Assembly: GCA_964247055.1 (NCBI GenBank) | Contig: OZ176059.1 | Coordinates: 1,550,001-1,614,000, forward strand | DNA: 64,000 nt | Reading direction: 5' to 3' | From: Paragordius varius | Lineage: Eukaryota; Animalia; Nematomorpha | Shown: positions 37,850 to 49,390 of the stretch, one piece after another | Numbering within the stretch: the stretch's first letter is position 1 | Layout: every line of letters starts with the position of its first letter | Notes under the pieces: model-generated | What the model saw: the letters and a program-made list of their open reading frames with translations, nothing else | The model's database searches: none | Told to the model about the DNA's origin: nothing | Made by a program: the position numbers and the translations under genes

Positions 37850-37930
<81 letters not shown>

Positions 37931-40900
37931 TTCGTTTTTTTAGCTACAAATTCCAAATTTTTATCCATACATTCAACGTTATCTACAACCGCACCAAAGT
38001 AATGTTACAAAGCTACTTTTATACACGGTTCAAGCTACGCATGAGATGGTCCCTCCTGAGGTATTAATTGTTTCCATTTTAATTTTAACCAAATTTTGAA
38101 ATAATTAGTTAAGAAAACAATTATATTTCACACACACACATAAAAAAGTTTATGAGTTTTCAAATAATTTATATATAATAATAATGTGATAATTTACTTT
38201 TTAATGCTATGCGATAAATTTAAATATATGAACATTTTAAGTTCACTTCAAGTTGGTCCTTAAACACTTCAAGTTGGACTTTAAAGATTTTAAATTTTGA
38301 TTCAATCATAATTTTTGCATGTAATTTTTTATTTTATTATTTTTTAACCTAATTTGCTTTATTTATAATATAAATTTATTCATTTAGAAATAAAAATATT
38401 TATTAAAAAACTACTTTTTTATTTTAAACTAATTTTTTTCCAATTTAACAAAATTAACTTTTATATGTTAATGAAAAATGTAAATAATAAAACTTATATA
38501 TTTTTTAATTAGGTGTGAAAATCTTATAAATATCCAAAATAATTTTATGAAATTAATAAATATATACGGCTTTTCAATGATTTAAAGTTGATATTGATTT
38601 AAAATTTTTTGTTAAATAATTGAAAATACGTCAGAAACAATAAAATAGATGAATGATTTACGATTTCATTGATTAACGTATCAAAACAAAAAAGCCAAAG
38701 GACCAACTTAAAGTGTTTAAGGACCAACTGAAGTGTTCAAGGACCAACTTGAAATTTTCAAGGACACGCTTGAAACGCAATTTAAAAGGTAAACGATAAA
38801 TTTTATTAGTATATCTTTTTAAAATTACACTTAATTGGCAGTGATATATGATGTTGGTGGTTTTTCCAAATATACAATTCTAATTATCCATTTGCTCTTC
38901 AAGAGTGTCCTTGAACACTTCAAGTTGGTCCTTGAACATTTCAAGTTGGTCCTTTGACTTTTTTTGTTTTTAACTTTTATGAATCAAATCGCTTATCATT
39001 CATCTATTTTATCGTTTTTATTTTATTATTATTTAACAGGGGTTTTATATCAATATCCACTTTCTGGGTTATTATTTACAATTTTTCATTGAAAACATTT
39101 AAAAGTTAATAATTTTGTTAAACTTAAAAAAAATTAGTTTGAAACTTAAATGTTTTTGAACAAAAAAATTTTATTAATGAATAAATATATAATAAATAAT
39201 AAAGAATATTAGGGTAAAAAATAATAAAATAAAAAAATACATACAAAAATCATAGTTAAATCAAAATAAAAATTATAAAGACCAACTTGAACTGTTCAAG
39301 GACACTCTTGAAGTGCAAATGGTATATTTACAATTTTTTATTGAAAACAGTAAAAGTTTAGTTTGAAACAAAAAAGTGGTTTTTGAACAAAAAATTTTAA
39401 TTTTGAATAAATAAATAAATAAAGAATATTTGGTTAAAAAATAATAAAATAAAAAAAAACATGCAAAAATCATGGTATAATTAAAATTCGAAAATTTTAA
39501 CGACCAACTTGAAGTGCAAATGGTTTGTATTACAGTAGGCATTGTAATGCTATTTATTTTACACTATAGCAGAGGGTAATTTGCAACACAGGAGTGTATG
39601 GAAAAAAGAAAGGACCTAATTGTTTTATCAACATTTTGTTGTTTTTTCCATACACTATTGTGACGCAAATTGCCCTCTACTATAGTGTGAAATAAGCAAG
39701 CAACCCTTAAGTTGCATACTGTATATTAGGCTGTTAAATAATATAATTGGTTATATATATAGAAAAAAAGGTTTTTTTTACCTTTTGATATTCATTTTTA
39801 TTTTTAATTAAAAGTAAAGAATAATCCCTATTTAATTATTAGTAATAAGGCGTTTCACAATTATTTATTCCATTTATTTGCAATATTTTTTATAAATCAA
39901 AAACTTTTGATTAATTTTTCGACTTTAAAAGACATTTTATATCTTAAACAAAAAATTTTACTTTTCTCTTAAAGAAATTCCTTACAGTTATAGATTTTAT
40001 AATATATATTATAGACGCTCAAACCTATAGTTATGTGTATAGCTAATAATTTTATAACGGAAAAAAATTCGGGGGAAGTTATAACAGTTGGTCTTAACGC
40101 TATCCGTGAATTGTGTAATCGAAACGCATTAGTTATGGATAAGGATTTACTCAATGATTTGGAGATGTATAAAACATACAAGTAAGTTTTTTTAGGCATT
40201 TTATTTGATTATAATAATATATTATAAATGGTGTTTTAATCTAAATGAGAAATAAAATAAATATTCATTATTTTTTGATTTGATATTTGATTGCTTATTT
40301 TTGTAAATACTAATGATTTCTTAAAACTCAACGTTTTGAACATGATACAAATCATACATAAAATTATCGTTTTCTACCCTTTAAATTATATTTTTCACAA
40401 TATCCAATCAAATAGAGGCTTACATAAAAAATATTGTTTAAAATATGCATTTTTTCACGCCTCTGATTTATAAATAATAAATTTAAAATATTTACCAGTA
40501 GTCTAGAGAGTAGTAACTGATTAAAAATATCACGAGTCAAAAGCTTTCAATATCTTGTCACGAAAAATAAGTTTAATGGCATAAAAATTAAATTTAGGTA
40601 TCGTCTTAGTCATTGTATCCATATAGAAGCTGCTTGTAATATTTGCGATCTTGCCAGGCGTTATCATTAATGTTGACGACACTTAACTCATTATTTATTG
40701 TTTTTTCTCCCAGTTAAAAGTTGGTCTACCCCTGCGATTGTTACCTTCGGGATGTACGGATACAATTTTATTTGTCAATTGATTGTTCTGGAGCACGTTT
40801 GATGTGTCCGAAATATCTAAGCCTATTTTTTGTGTTCATAATATTTAAAGGTTTGATTTGGTACAGTTGATGCAAATTCAATTAACTTATTGGGGTCCAA

Positions 40901-43900
40901 TGAATTTAGCATCCGCTTTTCTATGTTCATTAGTTTTTTCTCGATTAAATGTGTCATTGGCCATGTCTCGCTTCCATACAGGAGTATGGGACATATGCCA
41001 AATTTGTATATCAAGCCTTTGTTTTTTGCAGATATATGTTTATTTTTGAGCACTATTTTAAGTTGATGGTATTTTACCCAAACCTGTTGGGATCTACATT
41101 GAACTGTCTGGTTTATTCCACATAGGCAATGTATGACATCGCCCAAGTATTTAAAATTATTAACAACTTCGATTTTGGCATCTGACATATAAAGGTAATT
41201 TAGAAAAGTAGGTGAGTGATTTATAACTTTATTTTTGAATTTAATGTAAAAAACTGGTTTTCTTCCTTTTTTTTCGACAGAAATAAGAATGTGGTTATGG
41301 CTTCACGTAGCCTTATAAATTTGTTTCGAACCGCTAACCCCGGGATGTTGCTTAAAGCCGATAGAGGGCGTGTTAATCGAGATTGGAAAAATGTACAGCC
41401 TGCTCCATATGGTACAGCAAATACAGTGGTAATTTTAATTTTCTATATTACTACAAACTTTTATTTAAAAGTTTAAACTTTAAAAACTTTTTTAATTTGA
41501 AATTGGAACCAATTTGAGGCGGGAAAGTTTTTTCAAAATGATTTTTTTTCAATGGTTAACTACCATGAAGGAGGATTTATTTCAATGTTTATACCATATG
41601 TGTGATTTAATTGATGACAGTTATTTCTATTTTTTAGAATTTAAACAATTTTTTTACACACACTTGAAAAGAGGTTTAATGGTACCAAAATAATAAAATT
41701 AGGATATCAAAAAGCAAAAGTTATTATATATATTTAAAATAATCACACCATTTTATAATTTTCGCCTCTAAACAATTATCTCTTAATATATTGTACACAG
41801 CTGAGAAAATCATTCATTTTATTATCTATTTAGTTTTTTTTACACAAACTATTCATTTTATTGGGGTAATTTTTATTACTCGTAGAATTATATTTATTTA
41901 AAAATTTGAGTATAATTATTACACAATAAAATGTTTTTATTTTATTTTAAACCTTAATTGTAACTTTTAAAGTTAAATTACACGGACACTTGAAAAAAGG
42001 CTAATTGTAATAAACAGCAGGCGTTTTTGATTAATATTTTTACAGTATGCATTTTAATGTCTGTTAAGTAATTTTATTGCCTGCCAAATAACATAAATGG
42101 TTTATCAAAAGCGTAAAATACTGACCCACGAAATTATTTCGTAGTACACATATGAAAGAGGATTGACGTGAGAATTAACATAGGCTTTAATTTGATGGAT
42201 ATTTTGTAATGTTAAATGAGAATATTAAAGCAATTTATGTTAACATTTGTAATATTGTTGTTACGTATTTAGATGCGGAATTTTGTGGGTTTTTATCTTT
42301 GATAAATTAATAAATAGTAAAATACGTATTTTAAGATATTTTATGTTTATTATTCCTAAATTTAATAATAAATATTTTTAAACATGCTAAATACCTGTAT
42401 TAATTAATCTTGGTATTATAATTTTATATAGTTGTTATTACTAATTAAAAAAACACAGGTAAATATATATTTGTGAAAATTTAAGTAGATTTTTGTCTTT
42501 TATGTTTTGCATTATTTTTATCAGGTAAAAATTGCGGTTTTTAATAAATTTCCTAAAAATTTAGTTTTTTTTTGTTTTTTAGGTTTTGCATTGTTAGTTG
42601 TAATTAATTACTACATATTTTGGACATTATAATAAATAGAGGTAAAAATTGCGGTTTTTAATAAATTTACTAAAAATTTAGTTTTTTAGGTTTTGCATTG
42701 TTAATTGTTAACTACTACATATTTTGGACATTTTAATAATTACAGGTAAAAATTGCGGTTTTTAACAAATTTAGTAAAAATTTTGTTTTTTTGCTTTTTT
42801 AGGTTTTGCAAATTGTAATTAACTACTACATATTTTGGACATTTTAATAATTACAGGTAAAAATTGCGGTTTTTAACAAATTCAGTAAAAATTTAGTTTT
42901 TTTTGTTTTTTTAGGTTTTGCATTGTTAATTGTAACTAACTACTGCATATTTTGGACATTTTAATAATTACAGGTAAAAATTGCGGTTTTTAACAAATTC
43001 AGTAAAAATTTAGTTTTTTTTTGTTTTTTTAGGTTTTGCATTGTTAATTGTAACTAACTACTACATATTTTGGACATTATAATAAATAGAGGTAAAAATT
43101 GCGGTTTTTAATAAATTTACTAAAAATTTAGTTTTTTAGGTTTTGCATTGTTAATTGTAATTAACTACTACATATTTTGGAAATTTTAATAAATACAGGT
43201 GAAAATGGCGGTTTTTAACAAATTTCAAATGTAACATTTTTTGTATCTTGTATCATTGTTATTTAATTAATTACTAAATATTTTGGACATTTAAAAAACT
43301 TGTGTAAATGGCGGTTTTTATTAAATTAGTAAATTTTATTTTTTGTTCAACCTTGCTAATTTATTTATCACTATATATTTGTGATACATTGATATATACA
43401 GGTAAAAATTACTATGACTTGCGGTTTTTTGAATTTTTTAAAATATTTTTTTTCTATTGATAACTTATATAATAAATATAGTTAACATATCTGAGTAGGT
43501 AAAAATGCATGTTACGGTTTTATGTTTGACATTTTATTTTCCATCAACTATTTATATTTTAACAAACAACTTATGTCACCAAAGATTGAAAATAAGATCA
43601 AGATATATAAAACATCTTTTAAAGTATCTGAATATCGCCAAATATAAATAAATTTATTTAAATTATAAATGTATAATTATACAAAATATTCATATTATGT
43701 TTGAAATTAACATTCTTCTTATTGATATTAATACAGGTAATTTGTTTATATAAATGATGTACGATGCGGTGTGCGTTCATGATGATATGGATTGAAGAAT
43801 AGTATAAGATGTAGATAATCCTGAAAATTTTAATCACCATCATTTTTTAGGTAGATTCTATCACCTAAAATATAAGATAATTGATATATTAGAAAATTGA

Positions 43901-46900
43901 TACCTGGATTAAATATTGGGGGAAACATTCATAGTTTGAAAGACAACTCAAAAGGTTGACTTGGCTTTTTAACAACTAAATTTGCAAAAAAATATTTTCT
44001 TCATGATAAAAAATTCAAAAATGATACTTTATGTTTTTTTCGTTCTACCATCATAAACTATAAATATGAAAATGCTTATATGATTTCACCATATCAATGA
44101 CGTCAAATAGAAAATAGAAACAAATAATTTTTTTCAAAAGCTTGGAATGCAACAGCACTCCAAAAGCAGGCAACACTAACATTGTTTGCTTTGGTGAAGA
44201 ATAATTTTTTATATTTATAGTTTAGGATGGTAAAACGAAAACGTAAAATAAGGTATCATTTTTGAATTTTTATCATGAAGAAAATATTTTTTTGCAAATT
44301 TAGTTGTTAAAAAGCCAAGTCAACCTTTTGAGTTCCCTTTCAAACTATGAATGTTTCCCCCAATATTTAATCCAGGTATCAATTTTCTAATATATCAATT
44401 ATCTTATATTTTAGGTGATAGAATCTACCTAAAAAATGATGGTGATTAAAATTTTCAGGATTATCTACATCTTATACTATTCTTCAATCCATATGATCAT
44501 CATGAACGCACACCACATCGTACATCATTTATATAAACAAATTACCTGTATTAATATCAATAAGAAGAATGTTAATTTCAAACAATGAATATTTTGTATA
44601 ATTATACATTTATAATTTAAAAAAATTTATTTATATTTGGCGATATTCAGATACTTTAAAAAAGGTTTTATATATCTTGATCTTATTTACAATCTTTGGT
44701 GACATAAGTTGTTTGTTAAAATATAAATAGTTGATGGAAAATAAAATGTCAAACATAAAACCGTAACATGCATTTTTACCTACTCAGATATGTTAACTAT
44801 ATTTATTATATAAGTTATCAATGTAAAAAAAATATTTTAAAAAATTCAAAAAACCGCAAGTCATAGTAATTTTTACCTGTATATATCAATGTATCACAAA
44901 TATATAGTGATAAATAAATTAGCAAGGTTGAACAAAAAATAAAATTTACTAATTTAATAAAAACCGCAATTTACACAAGTTTTTTAAATGTCCAAAATAT
45001 TTAGTAATTAATTAAATAACAATGATACAAGATACAAAAAATGTTACATTTGAAATTTGTTAAAAACCTCCATTTTCACCTGTATTTATTAAAATTTCCA
45101 AATATGTAGTAATTAATTACAATTAACAATATTAAATAAAAAAACAAGAAAATATTAAATTTTATTAAATATAAAAACAACCTCATTTTTTACCTTTATT
45201 AATTGAAATGTCCAAAATTAATTAATTACAATTAACAATGAAAATCCTCTAAAACAAAAAAATTAATTTTTTACTAAATTTTGTAATTATTATAATGTCC
45301 AAAATATGCAGTAGTTAGTTACAATTAACAATGCAAAACCTAAAAAAACAAAAAAAACTAAATTTTTACTGAATTTGTTAAAAACCGCAATTTTTACCTG
45401 TAATTATTAAAATGTCCAAAATATATAGTAGTTAATTACAATTAACAATGCAAAACCTAAAAAAACAAAAAAAACTAAATTTTTACTAAATTTGTTAAAA
45501 ACCGCAATTTTTACCTGTAATTATTAAAATGTCCAAAATATGTAGTAGTTAATTACAATTTGCAAAACCTAAAAAAGCAAAAAAACAAAATTTTTACTAA
45601 ATTTGTTAAAAACCGCAATTTTTACCTGTAATTATTAAAATGTCCAAAATATGTAGTAGTTAACAATTAACAATGCAAAACCTAAAAAACTAAATTTTTA
45701 GTAAATTTATTAAAAACCGCAATTTTTACCTCTATTTATTATAATGTCCAAAATATGTAGTAATTAATTACAACTAACAATGCAAAACCTAAAAAACAAA
45801 AAAAAACTAAATTTTTAGGAAATTTATTAAAAACCGCAATTTTTACCTGATAAAAATAATGCAAAACATAAAAGACAAAAATCTACTTAAATTTTCACAA
45901 ATATATATTTACCTGTGTTTTTTTAATTAGTAATAACAACTATATAAAATTATAATACCAAGATTAATTAATACAGGTATTTAGCATGTTTAAAAATATT
46001 TATTATTAAATTTAGGAATAATAAACATAAAATATCTTAAAATACGTATTTTACTATTTATTAATTTATCAAAGATAAAAACCCACAAAATTCCGCATCT
46101 AAATACGTAACAACAATATTACAAATGTTAACATAAATTGCTTTAATATTCTCATTTAACATTACAAAATATCCATCAAATTAAAGCCTATGTTAATTCT
46201 CACGTCAATCCTCTTTCATATGTGTACTACGAAATAATTTCGTGGGTCAGTATTTTACGCTTTTGATAAACCATTTATGTTATTTGGCAGGCAATAAAAT
46301 TACTTAACAGACATTAAAATGCATACTGTAGTTGCAAGCATGGCACACCATCCAGTTTGATTTCAAGATTCCTGTATAATTTATATTTAAAACTTAGCTT
46401 TTAAGTTATACATTTTTTAAAATATTTAGTATATCAAAAAATAAATGCATCTTTTAAAGTCATTTAAACGGGACTTCATTAAAGCTAATTGTAATAAACG
46501 GTGTTTTCCAAACAAAAATTAGTTGTAAGCGTACCCATCTGAGAAGAAATGGCTCACTTGAAGTTTTTTTAGCCAAAAATTTAGGTTTATCATAAAAATA
46601 TTTCGAAAACCTTAGTATAATAAAATTTAATTTTTCTATAAACATTAGTTTTTTTAGCATATTTACCTTTTTCTAAATCATTCACTTATAATTCTATGAT
46701 TTTAGAATGAAGATCCATTGGAAGGTTTCACCCAATTAGCATCGGAAAGAATGTTAACACAAGATGAATTGGATAGGATAACGCATTTAAGGAAAAAACA
46801 AAATAGCAACAACACTAATAATAGCTCTAAAGAAAATAATCAAGATTCTAACCGGGTGGAAAAAAATACAGACCAAAACTTTGAAATTGAAAGCGAAGAC

Positions 46901-49115
46901 GAAAGGTTTGGTTTTAGCTTACAATAAATTTACGGCGAAAATTATAAAGACACGTGTTTAAAAGGCTGTTTATTATAATTTAAGCTTTGATTTTTTTTTC
47001 TATAAAATACTTATCGGTTTTAGGTACCATGAAATAAGGCATAATTCTGGTCAAACGTACATTTTTTTATATTACACAATTGTAATATGGTTAAAAAAAT
47101 ATGCAAGTATGGTTTTTTGTATCATCTCAATTTTTTACTGTATTTATGAAGCTTTTAAACGTCGTCATTTCCTAAGAGGATGGTATATTTTTACTACATT
47201 TAGATGGGACTATTGTATATTCATATACAGTAATATATACCATTTACAATTCAAATTCACCCTCAAAATAAATTATCTGTTTTTGGGCTAATATAACTTA
47301 TTATCAATATGGAATTTATCTTTATGGCTTATTTTAATTACAAACAAAACTCCTTTTTTTAGAAATATGAAAAAAATATAGATAAATTAATCTTAAAAAA
47401 ATATATGATAGATTTTAGAGTGAATTTGTATTGTGTAAGGGTGAATATGAAGTGTAAATGGTATAATATGGTATTTTTATATTTAGAGAGATAAACTATA
47501 ATGTTTCAGATATGAAATAAGGCAATTAATTTAAATTTTAAAATAATTGAGCTTAAATTATGTGCGTATCCAGTTAGTTTTTATCCTGGGATATGAAACA
47601 TAGATAAATATTAGAAATGTGTTTAATAATTTAATAAAATTTATATTAGTTGAAATAATGATTATATACAATTATCATTAAATAAAAATAAAATGTTCCT
47701 GATGTTTTTTTGTGTTTTCCAAATTTAATGTAATATAATTTATAAAAAATTTGGAACTTAATTTATTTATTTTTACTTATAATAAAAAATAAATATTTAT
47801 ATTATTTATACAATTTTTTTCATAGCGACACCGATCCAATGAATGAAACCATGATTGATGATAACCAAAGCGAGGACGACAATAATAGTGATATAAATAA
47901 TTGTGACAATTCTTCCAGTTGTTTCTCAGAAGATCTTTGTTCTGAAAATAGTAGTATTGATTATAGCGAAAAAGACCACAATAATGAAATAAACTCATGC
48001 AATGATAGGTCAGAACAACAGTTCAAATTAACTTTAATAAATTCTAATGCTGAAAATGTTAGTTTAAGTTCTGACACCTCAGAATCTAACTCAGACTCAG
48101 ATGATGAAGAAAATAATGGCGGTCTCCCGACCCTTGGTGACATTGAACGCATATATAAAGTCCCTAAAATGACAAAAGAAGCTAGGATACAAGCCTTAAA
48201 GGATAGTCGACATGAAGGTAATACGATTTTGCATTTGTTTAACTTAAATTTTTATAAATTATACTCATTTTTAAAGGGTTTTTAAAAAAAATTAAAAAGT
48301 ATAAAAAATTTGTTTTATTTTGCAACGCGTTTGGGTAAATTTTTTATTATTGTTGAGAATTGATGATTGTACTGTTTATATAATTATATATGGATTTTCT
48401 TTCCTTTATTATGAGTTTTTTTTCGATAAATAGGGCTTATAAAATAATTAGCTCATACTCATTCATAATTCAATATTTTGGAAATATGTTTGTTAACTTA
48501 TCGAATATATAATAATAATAATAAAACTAAGGTTATACCCCGTATTATATGTTTACAAAAAGCATTTAAAATAATTTTATAAGTTTTAATTTTCATCTCT
48601 ATTTATGGATTTTTATTATTAATTCACACTAATGCATATCTGTTTATATTTACATAAATAAACCAGTATTAATTAGCTTGACATATACAGGGTAAAAAAC
48701 TAACTTTTAAACAGTTTATAAAAAATTGTAAAGTTACATTTTTGCATTTCATTTGTGTGTTTAAGATCGCTTCATCAAACGACGACAAATGGATCAAAAA
48801 CGTAGGAAAGATCGGAAAAAGGGTAGTAATAATAATAGTCTAGCTAATTTGCAAAGTATCAACTCCATGTCATCCGTTATAACGGGCCAACCCAATTCGA
48901 TTAAAAAGCAAAATCCATCAAGTGCGGGTGGTGGTAGAGCTATAACTAATCGTGATAAAGCCAAACGCAAACCATTCATGATGATCCGGTCCAAACTTAT
49001 GAGACGGAAAAAGCAAAAAAAACGGACCGCCGGTAGCGGAAATAATAGGGGCGGACGGAAACGCAATCAAGGTAAACACAATAAAAAACCGGCTAGAAAA
49101 GCGTTTAGAGCCTAG
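25705..49115 (+). CDS. SDAD1: Protein SDA1 homolog (60S ribosome biogenesis), 12 exons, ~857 aa
   Basis: Exons 25705-25791 (in-frame ATGs also at 25651 and 25663), 25824-26042, 26079-26582, 35072-35158, 36440-36638, 37085-37188, 37944-38060, 40015-40181, 41281-41428, 46706-46905, 47826-48217, 48766-49115 (2574 nt, phases consistent). Motifs [79 protein letters not shown]...[29 protein letters not shown]. Confidence 0.92.
26804..27073 (+). repeat. 5' LTR
   Basis: Near-identical to 34226-34492 (a few substitutions and one 3-bp indel). Confidence 0.9.
27076..27085 (+). other. Primer-binding site, probably tRNA-His
   Basis: TGGTGCCGTG 2 nt after the LTR end; complementary to the 3' end of tRNA-His as recalled. 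Confidence 0.7.
27096..28110 (+). pseudogene. Gypsy gag (zinc knuckle) and aspartic protease; one frameshift and one in-frame stop
   Basis: ORFs 27096-27386 and 27304-27924 overlap by a frameshift. CSNCGYRH...[14 protein letters not shown]. The protease ([12 protein letters not shown], 27952 onward) is in the same frame after TAA 27922-27924. Confidence 0.88.
28115..29139 (-). pseudogene. Inverted Gypsy reverse transcriptase plus RNase H N-terminus
   Basis: Minus strand reads [11 protein letters not shown]...WASP...IRICADFR...[12 protein letters not shown]...YQRLPFG...VYLDDVLI...ELRSFLG...[17 protein letters not shown], opposite in orientation to gag-PR. Confidence 0.92.
29139..31695 (-). 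repeat. Left arm of 2.56-kb inverted duplication (host flank, LTR 29244-29509, PPT, integrase, RNase H C-terminus, viral 3' part)
   Basis: Reverse complement of 32041-34599; ORFs 30112-30990 and 29561-30127 give the same proteins as 32745-33623 and 33608-34174. Confidence 0.95.
31694..32436 (+). other. Endogenous viral element: partitivirus-like capsid protein fragment (~245 aa, one +1 frameshift in an A-run at ~32043-32048)
   Basis: Translation: [23 protein letters not shown]...[18 protein letters not shown]...[36 protein letters not shown]...[10 protein letters not shown]...[21 protein letters not shown]. Three spaced motifs match alpha/betapartitivirus capsids as I recall them (WHP..SRLY..VLFY..L; IPGPL..FF; WF..V..IM.KY...F..S). 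It is not Gypsy sequence. Confidence 0.7.
32437..34174 (+). pseudogene. Gypsy RNase H C-terminus plus integrase (HHCC, DDE), frameshifted
   Basis: [13 protein letters not shown]...[19 protein letters not shown]...YTDHKPL; LHTGH...CEAC; HIDVAGP...VTDNA...[11 protein letters not shown]. Confidence 0.92.
34213..34492 (+). repeat. Polypurine tract (34213-34225) and 3' LTR (34226-34492)
   Basis: AGGGGGAAAGTAA then TGTAAGG...TTTTCA, followed by the TSD ATATA. Confidence 0.9.
34711..34935. repeat. 225-bp near-perfect palindrome (94-bp arms, 37-nt loop)
   Basis: 34711-34804 pairs with 34842-34935; the first 82 bp are perfect, then one mismatch. Confidence 0.9.
35204..35553. mobile_element. MITE family C, complete
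   Basis: TA|CCATTTACAGTTC... with three left and four right 21-bp units ...TTTGG|TA. Confidence 0.85.
38240..39523. mobile_element. Cluster of family D MITEs
   Basis: Paired inverted 21-bp GGACCAACTTGAAG arrays at ~38240/38780 and ~38890/39325, plus an extra half at ~39330-39523. Confidence 0.7.
39533..39721. mobile_element. MITE family B
   Basis: TA|CAGTAGGCATT...GCATACTG|TA, with internal CACTATAGC/TAGAGGGCAATTTG inverted repeats. Confidence 0.7.
40560..41190 (-). mobile_element. RTE-clade LINE 3' remnant
   Basis: [11 protein letters not shown]...LLYGSETW...KRML (ORF 40823-41188), then [10 protein letters not shown] near 40730. Confidence 0.8.
42043..46328. mobile_element. 4.3-kb foldback-type element: ~2-kb inverted arms with internal ~110-120-bp tandem repeats and a ~143-bp spacer
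   Basis: TA|CAGTATGCATTTTAATG...CATTAAAATGCATACTG|TA. Arms 42043-44067 and 44211-46328. AGGTAAAAATTGCGGTTTTT units at ~42520-43330 are mirrored at ~44960-45850. No ORF. Confidence 0.9.
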
Positions 49116-49390
49116 TTTCTGTGGGATTTTATGGCGATTTTACTATTATTGTTGCTTTGTTTATACGCAAATTGTTGTTTGTGAAATAAATTTCAACTTT
49201 GTTGGTTTATTACTTTACTTTTGTATATAATTTATGGGAAATATGTTGTATAGATTTTTTAAAACGTCTTATTCGAATCAAAACTCCAATATATGTAAAA
49301 AAAACTTTTTAGTTATTAAATATTTAAGTTTTTATATTTTTTATCGAAAATAAGTATTAGGTAAATAGATATAGATAAAAATTGCGTTTA

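Noticed and set aside
43658-43843. Short ORFs inside the foldback arms as a transposase
   Set aside because: AT-rich, no DDE or DNA-binding motifs, and not preserved in the mirror arm.
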